DNA of 62,470 nucleotides, filler included, from Circinaria calcarea (taxonomy: Eukaryota): assembly GCA_051942165.1 (NCBI GenBank). It is 6 parts of 6 records of this genome, joined end to end, with 100 filler letters (N's around TTAATTAATTAA, not from the genome) between each part and the next. Parts side by side here need not be neighbours in the genome. Positions count along the whole stretch, not along the records: positions 41,761 to 52,082 come from JAVECS010000824.1; positions 52,183 to 62,470 come from JAVECS010000826.1; 4 more parts are not named here. One strand, given 5' to 3'. Positions 46,581 to 57,401 of this stretch are shown here, in pieces; positions within the stretch are counted from its first letter, which is position 1; each line of letters opens with the position of its first letter. The notes beneath the pieces are model-generated. The model searched no databases, had not been told where the DNA came from, and worked only from the letters and a program-made list of their open reading frames with translations. The position numbers and the translations under genes are program-made.

Positions 46581-49500
46581 TCATACCACAGAAGTTTTTG
46601 AAAATAGCCCTGCAACCTGTTCGAAAAGATCCATCACCGATGGCAATGCGAAGGATGGGCCAGCATCAAAGATTTCTGCTAATTGATGTTGGCGAACAAC
46701 AGGCATATCTTCAATGGCAAGGACACGTTCTTCCTTAGAAGTTGCTGTTGCTGGTACTGATAGTTGCACGTCACCATCTTTACGCACACTTGCGGCCCCT
46801 GTCTTCCCAAACAGATTCTCGAGTCCTGCTGTCGTGACCTTGTCAACCTTTTGTAAGTCCTGGGACTTTGAGTAAAAATCCGACAAAGGTGTAACCAGTC
46901 GGATCTCGGACGTTGTGTCAATGGCAAGGTAACCTTTTCGAAACTGTGCTGGGAGTAAAAGTACCAACGATCGAGGTAGTGAGGAAGTGGACAGCGGTGT
47001 TGACTGTGCAGGATCGAACACCACTAGCTGTGCGCGTAGCCTTGGCCTAGACTGGCGCGAGTCGCATATGTCTGGGACAGCAACAGCAAAGGTATGGTTC
47101 CTTTGATCCACAGCGAGGTGAGTGGCCGAAGTTGCCTTTGCCCTTTGGATCCCCAGAGATCGCAGCTGAAATCCATAATTCAACTGATCATCAACGAGAT
47201 CCCACACAATCAGTTCTTCTGACAGCAGGATCAAATACCTATCGATAATGCCAATACCCACCAAAGTTCCGAGCAATAGGTCAGAACGTGTGGAATGGAT
47301 ATCGCCTTTCTCCGCATTAATCAAATGTACCATGGACTGCGATGATGACTGGTACCCGACAGCAAGTAGAGAACCATCGGCAGAGATAGCAAGTTTGGCA
47401 GCATGTGAATATGCATTTTCCATATCAGGGCTATCGTACAGTGTGGGTAACGTTGTAGATTGTCCACAGAACCAATTAGTCAGTGGTCTTCCATCCTTGC
47501 CGTGAACCTCGACCCCATCTCGATAACGAGTCCTAGGCCTCCAGCTCTTTACCAGACCGTCAACACCAAGAGTAATGAAACCAAGAGTAGACGGATCTGC
47601 TATGAGATCAAGCACTTGCGCACTGTTCTGTGAAAGACCAGTCTCGGTGGCATGGGGCGCATCAATCCTTACTACGAGTTCCCATGTTTGGATCTCATTA
47701 TTCCATGACCAAAACTTAAGGTACACTTCAATGCGAGAAATCTGCTCATCCTTCGTAGCCTGCTGATCGATAGTCAGGTGGGCAATATCCTGGCTTGGCG
47801 GTGTCCACTCATCGATGCTCGCTAACCATTGACCATCATGACTTATTTGCAACTGTGTCACATTAGGCTCCTCGATGATATTGGACTCGGGGCCCATATT
47901 TAGAGTAGTGACTTTTGTTCGAGAAAGTGCTTGCTTTGAAATTTGTGATCCAGAGACAATGTCCAGTGTTTGCAGGAACGTAGCGCTGGAAGTTTGTGGA
48001 ATACCGACACGTGAGGAAGATTCTGCTGGGACAGCCACAAAGAGTTGGCCAGTACCCAGTGGACTAACGGTGGCCGACATCCGCGAGGTCACTCCATGAT
48101 TCTGTGGACTCGAGATAGTTACACTAGCCACCTTAGGAGGCTGTAGTGCAGGAGGCACTTGCGCTGGCATTTGTATGCCGTAGATAGTGACAGTTGGTTC
48201 CAGTTCTGCAGTGGACAGAACCATGGCCGAGTTGTTCGCAAGACGTACTGCATACGATGATCCAGATGGGGAGACAACCACACCTTCAATTGTCGCGGAG
48301 AGATGAGGCAAGAACTGCTTTCGCCCGGTATCCAATTGCCATAGTATTAGCACGGTTTCCGCGCCGCCGGAGATGATGTAGTTGCCTAATCAGTTAGGTA
48401 AAAGCGAAGTCATGGATTTGACAGAAACATACCATCCATTGACCATTTCACGGCACCAACACCATTCCTATGCCAATGCAAGCGTTGAACGACAGGAGCA
48501 GCAGCATTTGGCTTCTTCTCTTTTCGTATGAGTTGTCTAAGGAGATCCTGATACACAAAAACCGAGCCTTTGAGGCCGCCCACGATGACATTCAAGAAAC
48601 CAGGTCCTAGCGAGCCAGATGCAGCACTTTGGGAGTTTTTGGCATCGGTAGGAGCTGCGTTTGCGTCGTTCATACGTGCATCAAGGCTTGTGATCCATTC
48701 TGAACACTCCATTTCACGCCAAGTGTAAGAGAGCTCTTTGAGACCAGGTGGACTCGGGTCACTGGTAATGCCAATGATCAATCGCTGACCAGCACTTGCT
48801 ATAAGGTATTTCCCTCCTTCTAAAACCTTGACATGTGTAATTGCCGTTTTAGATTTGAGTAAAGTGTGCAGCTCAGTCTTGCCCCCAATCCGAAGCCGGT
48901 GTGCGGTAATCATCCACTGACTTTTACGGTCGACCGTATAAACAACACACTGTGGTTCTGGCGAGACGGGTTTCGCTGCAGTTAGATCGAATATCTGAGA
49001 GTTGATATCCCACTTTCCCATCCTCCTTGCCTCCACCCAATCCCATTGCTCTATTATCCCTGAGCTGATACACACATAAATGTGAAAGGGGTGGCTTGGA
49101 GAAATGGTAAAGCCCGTAACACTGCCAGATTTGCTGGTTGGTAAAGTACGGATTAAGAGAGAGGTCGCTGTTGCGTAAACGCCGATTGAAGACTCGTATG
49201 CAAGTAGGAGATACCTGAGTTCGCATTAATGTCAGAGTATCATGAGCAAGGTCAGAAGGTGATTACTGACTGCTCATCAATGGAGAAGACTGGGTCTAAA
49301 TCACGTAGACATCCTCCAATTGCGCTCGACAAACTCCAGCTCCTATCCATATTCTTGAGATTGGATTTCTTGCCACGTCTGTTAGGAAGAGTTGCCGATG
49401 CCGCCCCAGTGTCTCCGGATATTTTAGACCTCAACACTGGCTCTTGTAGATGAGCCACTTTATTCAATTTTTTCAGCCTCTTCTTGTCTAAATTTGCTTT

Positions 49501-49710
49501 TCTCCGCTGCTTTTTAGACTTCTCCTCTGGGTCCCTCGAGTCCGGAGATGTACGGTTTCGAATAACTGTTTCCACGATCGACTGCTGCCTGTCCTCTCCA
49601 TTGTGATCGCCTGCACTTTGCCCATGGCTAGTCCTGGCTCTTTTCTTCGACTCTCCATCAGCGTCTGCTTCTTCACGGCCCTCGGCCTTACGTTTTCCTT
49701 TAGACATCAT
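46581..49710 (-). CDS. UTP17: U3 snoRNP / t-UTP WD40 protein Utp17 (Nan1/WDR75), 3 exons
   Basis: LHWHRNGVGAVKWS, YIISGGAETVLILWQLDTGRKQFLPHL and YLKFWSW motifs; basic N-terminus. Confidence 0.9.
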
Positions 49711-49947
49711 CGCTAAGTAATGTCGGGAAATAGTCTAGCTGGTGTGCGGTATAACCCTGTACTCCCGAAGACTTGGCTTCCTGACGCTTCACTCATCCGT
49801 GGGTTGAAATTCGATATCGTAGGGCTGACCTGGATAAATTCCTTAGCGCGTCGGACTTTTGACATCTTTAAGCCCCGTCTTCAGGTACAAAGTAGTTCAC
49901 ATTCCAACTTTGAATTTCAAGGTATCGCAATTGCCGCCGGACTCAAA

Positions 49948-50351
49948 ATGATTATTCCAGTACGCTGTTTCTCATGTGGCAAGGTAGGGTCTCCTTGGAG
50001 TGGGAAGTATGTTCGAGCATCAAGCGATAACTAACTGGTCTACAAGGTTATTGGAGACCTATGGGAGCGGTATCTAAAACTACTAGACGACGGAGTTACT
50101 GATGGGTATGGTTTACTAAGAGCTTCTGAACATCCTGGGTGAATGATTCCAACGGTTCACAGAGAAGCCATGGATCAGTTAGGCTGCAGGCGTTACTGCT
50201 GTCGCCGCATGATCATGACACACGTTGACCTCATCGAGAAGCTCCTGAAGTAAGGAATTCAAGGTCCTTTGTTGAAGCGCAGTCAAGTCTAATGGTTTGC
50301 AGATACAATCCAGCAGAGAGAGATCGTTCAAAAGCTCAGATGGCAATGTAA
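49948..50351 (+). CDS. RPB10: RNA polymerases I/II/III shared subunit RPB10 (RPABC5), 4 exons
   Basis: [22 protein letters not shown]..[23 protein letters not shown]. Confidence 0.97.
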
Positions 50352-52082
50352 TACAAGAGAATGGCATGGCGGGAGTTATACAACATTTCGAGATGTGAGC
50401 ATGACGAGTAGCATGATACCAGGAATTTGGAGTTTAGGTGTTGAGAAGATGGAGATGCACAGACCTTTCGTCACAATACCACGCGATCTTCAAACACCCT
50501 GTGCAGCGGTGGAAGTCAGGGTTAGCAGCAGAAGTTACCCCGGGTAATGCATGTTCCAGCATTCATGTTTCGTAAGCTTGGATGGGTGGAAGCTCATTGT
50601 AAAGTGACTATTCTATCCAATCAGTTTCACCCTTTCATGATACACGCTCATGACGCATGTTCACCCGTTCATATTGTTAACTCCCGCTTTATCACTTGTG
50701 GAATTCTGTCTTCACGTGGACACTCTATGTTTCCTTTGGACTGCGCTATAAACTCCTATACCATATCTAGACTTGACAACTATCGTCAGCAGATGGAGAA
50801 GCAACAGCAATAAACCTTGCTAAAAATTGGGAACTTGGAAGTCTTGGTTACTTGCACAGCAATTTATCCAGGGGAATGGTGACATGGATTGGTTCTGATT
50901 GGGTCTATCGCGTTAAGGTATGAAAGCTTAGCGTATGAATCGAGTGATGCCAACACGAACCAGTTCTACTAGTGTCGCAAAGAGGATCCTTTGGGATGTG
51001 CGAATCGACCAAACAATCAGGTTTCAGAACGTCCCGAGGTCTTCGAGAATGCACGCTACTGACCTAGAAATCCGAGTTCCTCAATAACAGAAATACGGAT
51101 TTGGAACCATCCAAGCAGCCACTAGACATTTCAAACCTCAGTAACGCGTGACGAATAGGCGAAGAAAGTATGAACGAAACGATTCATGGTTCAGGGAATA
51201 CACAGTCTATACCGACGTTCGTCATGACGCGTAAAGACACCAGGACGGCGTCGCCACATGAACGGTCCAACGGAACATCAGTGTATTGACATCTTCCCAT
51301 TCTCGGGCTCGATACATAGATCTGCAATGCGGCATTACCCCCAGGCACACCTTTTCCTCACCGCCGCTTCCCATCCAAGGCCAGTGATCAAGATTATTCC
51401 TGCCTCTGTCACCCTACTCGCCTAGGATATGTATGTTTCTCCTCCCTCACCCGCGTAAACTGTCGAGAGCGAGCGACACGCAGTTCATCCAGCACCTACA
51501 GAATCAACTCAAAGTCCAAAGGCGCAAATCCCTAGCCTTCGCCCTCATTCCCCATATCAACAGTAACATCTTTTTCTACCCAAAGCAACTCCTCCAAAGT
51601 ATCCAGCTATATCCCCATGGGCTAGCGCGGTGGCTAAAACGCCGGGCGCGCGCGTGTTTCGTCTCGCGACAAAAGTTGCGGTAAACCGCCAAGGTAAGAC
51701 CCTGCATGGAAGAAATGGTGCGTTCTGGTTTTTCGTGGAATTCCCTCATTTCTTTTTCTTCTGATTCGCCCACCGAAGGAGGCTGGGGATTTTCGGCCTT
51801 CAGGTTTCGGGATGAGGCCAATAAGTGGCGGCCTTCACGTTGAGGCTGTCGCGCACGTCGGTCTATAGCGTGTGAGAAGGCGTGTTTACTCCCACCATCG
51901 CACGTCTTCTGCCTGCAGGTCTGCTTTTATGCTGCACCCCGAAGCAGCGGACTCGCTCTGCAGTCCGTGGGGATCTACGCTGTTTATGTTTCCTGGGAGA
52001 GGGTGAGTCATAACTTCGCGTTTGTTTCCTGAGGCGGATCGTTTTAGGGCATGAGAGGTTGGTGGTGAGAGGGGGTGAGGGC

Positions 52083-52182
52083 NNNNNNNNNNNNNNNNNN
52101 NNNNNNNNNNNNNNNNNNNNNNNNNNTTAATTAATTAANNNNNNNNNNNNNNNNNNNNNNNNNNNNNNNNNNNNNNNNNNNN
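52083..52182. other. Artificial contig spacer
   Basis: N44-TTAATTAATTAA-N44. Confidence 0.98.
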
Positions 52183-52211
52183 TACGCGAAGGCCGAGGCT
52201 AACAGTCGCAG

Positions 52212-54762
52212 GGAACGCTCGCCGGATCTCCCCAACGGTCTCTTCAACTGGCTGGGAGCCTTCTTCCAGATTCCCGACACCTATGTCTTGAATCATCAGT
52301 CACTCGATGGCTATCTGCTGCTCCGGTACCTGAAGATTGCATCCACGATTTGTTTCATCGGCTGCTGCATCACTTGGCCGGTCCTCTTTCCCGTCAACAT
52401 CACCGGAGGCGGTGGCAAGATCCAGTTTGACCTGCTCAGCATGAGCAATGTCATGCAGGGAAACAATCCCCGCTACTATGCACACGTATTCATCGCATGG
52501 ATCTTCTTTGGTAGGCTGCTCGATCATGGAAGTCCCGGTCGATATGCTGATACATGCCCTCAGGTTTTGTCTTTTATATGATTGCCCGTGAAAGCATCTT
52601 TTACATCAACCTTCGTCAAGCCTACCTGTTGTCCCCTCTTTATGCCAATCGAATTTCGTCTCGGACGGTGCTCTTCACGTCCGTTCCAGATGATTATCTT
52701 AACGAAGCGAAACTCCATCGTATGTTTGGGAACAAGGTCAAGAATTTATGGATAGCTACGGACTGCAAGGAGCTTCAAGATCTAGTCGATGAACGAGACA
52801 AAGTCGCTTTCAAGTTGGAGGCTGCGGAAACCAAGTTAATTAAACTCGCGACCAAAACCCGAACCAAATCGCTGAAAAAGAAGGGTTCCAGTCATGAGGA
52901 TGACCATCTGGGCAATGCCTCGGATTTCGAACGGGAGTCTGGTTCGGTTGCGGCTCGCTGGATCAAGCCAAGCAAGAGGCCAACTCACCGCACCAAATTC
53001 CTGATCGGCAAGAAAGTGGATACGATCAACTGGTGCCGGTCAGAACTCGAACGACTTATCCCCGAGGTTGAAGCCGCCCAAGCTGTCCACCGGGATGGAA
53101 AAGCCAAGTTTGTAAGCTCGGTTTTCGTCGAGTTTTATACTCAGTCGGAAGCGCAGGCGGCATTCCAGATGGTCGCTCATCACCAGGCACTGCATATGGC
53201 TCCACGATTTATTGGCGTGAACCCGGAAGAAGTCATTTGGAAAAACCTGCGCATCAAATGGTGGGAACGCATTATCCGAAACGCCGCAACTATCACATTC
53301 GTCTTTCTGCTCGTTCTCTTCTGGTCCATTCCCGTGGCCGCAGTCGGCGCGATATCAAACATCAATAAATTGGTTGAATTAGCCCCATGGTTAGGTTTCA
53401 TTACCAAGATCCCACAAGTAATTCTTGGCGTTGTTACTGGGCTTCTGCCTGCCGTACTTTTGGCTGTGCTCATGGCTCTATTGCCCATGATCCTCCGGTT
53501 CATGGCCAAGATGGGCGGGCTTCCATCCAAATCACGGGTCGAACTCCGCACGCAGAACTTCTTCTTCGCCTTTCAGGTGGTTCAGGTCTTTCTCGTTACG
53601 ACTCTGAGTTCCGGAGCGGTTGCCTCTGCCAGTCAAATATCGGAGAATCCTGCTTCAGCAACTACCATTTTGGCCTCACAGTTACCGACAGCGTCCAATT
53701 TCTATGTCGCATACTTTGTACTTCAGGGGTTGGCCATCAGCTCGAATTCTTTGCTGCAGCTGGTGGGTCTTGTACTCTTCCTTGTACTCGGTAAACTCTT
53801 GGATTCGACGCCGAGGAAGATGTACAAGCGTTTTTCCAGTCTTTCCGGATTAGGATGGGGTACTATTTTTCCCGTCTACACCAACTTGACAGTCATTGGT
53901 AAGTCTTGCTCGTTCTTGTTAGGGAGCTCACATGATTAATGTTTACCTAGCCATCACGTACTCTTGCATTGCACCCCTTGTGCTAGGGTTCGCGACTGTA
54001 GGGCTCTATCTCATCTACCTTGCATATCGGTACAACCTTCTCTTCGTATACAACGCCAACATCGACACCAAAGGACTCGTATATCCGCGTGCACTGCAAC
54101 AAACCACCACGGGCATTTATCTTTGCATCCTTTGTTTGGTCGGCTTGTTCGCCATCAACAAGGCTATTGGGCCTTTAGTTCTGATGATAGCGTTCCTCAT
54201 CTTTAGTGTTCTCTTTCATGTCTCTTTGAACTCGGCCATTGGTCCACTGTTGGCGTGCCTTCCAAAGTCCCTCGAAGCAGAGGAAGAGTCGCTACTCTCT
54301 CTCGAAGACGGTCATACACACGATGGAATGGCAGATGGAAAAGGCACTCATATCACTGCAGCAGATAGTATAAGCCGTAATGGCAACTCTACTTCCAGCA
54401 CCGGTAACGAGAAACATCTTCCGGCTCCACCTCAAAAGAAACCCAACTTTATCGCCAAATGGCTCCACCCGGACAAATATACCGATTACCAGACCCTTCG
54501 TCGTCTCGTACCCCGTGCTTTTGCAGACATCTCTTACAGCACCAATACGGAGCGGAACGCTTACTATAATCCTGCCGTGGCGAGTCCGACCCCTCTACTT
54601 TGGATTCCAAGGGATCCGATGGGCGTAAGTAGGCAAGAGGTTAGGCATACGAGCAAGGTTATCCCGATGACGGATGTCGGAGCAGGATTTACGGAGAAGG
54701 GAGCGTTGACCATTGAGACTGATGTGCCACCGCCTATTTACCAAGAGAAGATATATTATTAG
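52212..54762 (+). CDS. CSC1/OSCA/TMEM63 (DUF221, Rsn1-like) mechanosensitive cation channel, 5'-truncated
   Basis: SLDGYLLLRYLK, SSRTVLFTSVP, KKVDTINW, PEEVIWKNL, FFAFQVVQVFLV, YSCIAPLVLGF and PLLWIPRDPMGVS; introns at 52511-52563 and 53899-53950. Confidence 0.93.
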
Positions 54763-54949
54763 AAAATGGTATTTGGATGTGGGTTGGAGAAATGGGAGGC
54801 GAAAGTCTAGCTACCCGATTAATGATGGCGGTGGTGATGGAGGTCAGGGTATGGATGGCATTATAGCACTGCTGTGCGATCAGCGGGGAAGGTATAGCAC
54901 GAACGGACAGAGACAGTCGGCGCGGAAGGAATCATGATACCCCATCTCG

Positions 54950-57300
54950 AGTCTGCTCTTTGAATCCTGTTTTTCCTTCCTAAGCAATTCCGTATCTGAT
55001 ATATTCGAATCAGGAAAACCGTTTTAATTAATCAGCCTGTAACTTGGGTACACCCTTGCTGTTTTTCATCTTTCGCTACCGGGTGTGCGGCGGGAGATGA
55101 GCGGGCGAGCGCGCCCGGGCGTTTCGGGGTCCGTCGTGTCTTGCTTTGAAAAATCAATACTAAGATCATCAGTCTAAGAATTGGTTTCATGGTCGGATTC
55201 CTTTCCGTTTTATAAGATTATGCCTTGGGGGATTGGATTTTCAAATAGCTTACTTCACGCATTTATTCCCCGGGACTTGAAAATCAAAACCCTGATCCCT
55301 TTCCCCATTTTTTTAGAAAAAAATATCCCGTGATCCGGGCGTGTTTTGTTGAATAACCAACTTACTTACCCTAACTTACCTAACCCGGAACCAGACCAAA
55401 CCGGACCGGACTAGACTCCTAGAATGAAAAAAAAACAAAACCACCTTGAAATCCCTCGTTCTAATTTTTGGTTTTTGAACTTTTTTGAACTTGTTTTTTT
55501 TTTCATTTTCCTTATCCCAAAAATCTCCAGGATTTTGGCTCCAGGCTAACTGACTGACTGGCTGGGGCGGATTTAAATCCCCAGTCCAAATCAGGTTGGT
55601 TCCGGTTCCGGTTCCGGTCCAAGGGAACTCCCCCCAACTAACATGTAAATCTACAGTAAGTACACTATCTATACACGACTCACCACGGGGGTTGTAAATG
55701 GTCCCCTCTCAAGCTCGGCTCGGAGCCTGCCTGCCTCGTGTTTGTTTGTTATTCTCCGCTACGCTACTGCCCTTACTCTAGTTCGCTCTTTTTTTTTTTT
55801 TTTTACCCCTCTCGAGTTATTAGATATTTTTCGGGGAACTTTTTAAAACTTTACTGGTACGGGGACCCGGAAAAAAGGGACGGTTTGCGTTATATTATAG
55901 GGAGAGGGGGGCGCTACGTCTTCAATTAAATAGGTTGCAACGGTATTTTATTAACCCGGAAGATAGATATACTCCGTCTATGGATGAAATAGAAATGCTA
56001 CTGGAAAATACCCATGTTTGATACTATGAAATACGCTGTGTGTGTAGAGAGAGTAGAGAGTAGAGAGAGAGAGTCGAGAGAATATATATAGGAGAATAGC
56101 TCGAGGGAGATATCGCTGAGACATGGAGCTTTATTTTTGGACTGGCTCAGCAAACGCCTGTTTTCACAATCTACTGAACACCGCAACACAGAACCTAGCC
56201 CGGGCCAGGGTTCTTCAGGGCAAAACCCTCTTGATCATAAATAGTGTGTGACCCTTAGAGGTACCCCCTGAGATAGGTAGAGCGTTTGGTGGGTGAGGTA
56301 TGAAATTGCAAATTTCAATATTTTGGGGGGGGGGATTGACATTGCATATTTCCGAGGTATTTTACGTATAGCTAGGGCCTTGGGGGCAGTGGGGGTTTGG
56401 TGTTTGAATATTTAAGTGTTGGAGTTTTGGAGTTATAGAGTTATAGAGTTTGGACGATAGGGAGAGAGAGGTTAACGTCGGGTTATTTGGGAATTATGGA
56501 GAAAAGGGAGCAAGTATAGAGCCGAAAGAAAAAGGAGGGGGTAGAATAAAAGGGCTTTAATACTTTTATAAAATTATAGAAATCACGAGCGGAAAAACTT
56601 GCAATTTCATATTCCACCCCCTTTTGAGTTTAAAATGTGGATTTCCATACCCCCAACTCTCAGGTGGCGGGAGGTTGTATTACTACCTAAAAGAACGTTA
56701 ACCACTGCCCAAAAAAGGTAGAGGTATCAACAAGACCTAATCTCTCTTGCTCTTTTCTTCGCATAACAGTGCACTCTTACTCCTCACTATTCCCCAAAAT
56801 AACACCACCCCTCCCTCCTCATAATCGTTTAAAAACTCCCTTTTGATTGTTCGTAATCCAATCCTGGCGATCCAAAAAATAAAAAAAACGACCACCTATT
56901 ACGAACGGTGACGGGTGGCGGGTGGCGGCTAACGGGTGGCGGTAATAACAAATCTGCGAAACGATTTTTAAATAAAAATGGGACCCTACATCAGTGGGAA
57001 CGGGCAGGAAGGGCCTTGCGAGAAAGGCAAAAAAAGGAATAAGACGTCCGTCTGGCAGTGGAATATTTCCCAGAGGTTCGACCGGGGGGGGCCGGGGTTC
57101 GTTTCTACAACTTTGGGGGTTGTCAAAATGCAAAATTCAAGCTCAAAGGGGAACGAAATTTCAATTTTCCGTTCAATGAGGGAGTTTTGTCAATGATAGT
57201 TGAAAAAGAAGGAGGGAAACCGGTAGGATATGACAATCGATGAGAATGGCAAGCAGATTATTCATGGGTAGCTACCATAGCTAGGCGAGTAGCTACGCAG
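54950..57300. repeat. Low-complexity intergenic tract with homopolymers and micro-repeats
   Basis: Poly-T/A/G runs, (GGTTCC)n at ~55598-55620, GA-rich repeat at ~56046-56080, GGGTGGC repeats at ~56912-56943; no credible ORF. Confidence 0.7.
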
Positions 57301-57401
57301 GGTAGTTTGGGGGTATAAAGCGCCGTAATAGGTAGTAGAAAACTCTCCATCCTCGTCAAACCAAAAACCCCTCTCAAAGGCAATAGATATGCCTCAGCGA
57401 C

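Noticed and set aside
55360..55387. Telomere-like CCCTAA/CCTAAC units
   Set aside because: Only one or two degenerate units within low-complexity DNA; not a telomeric array.
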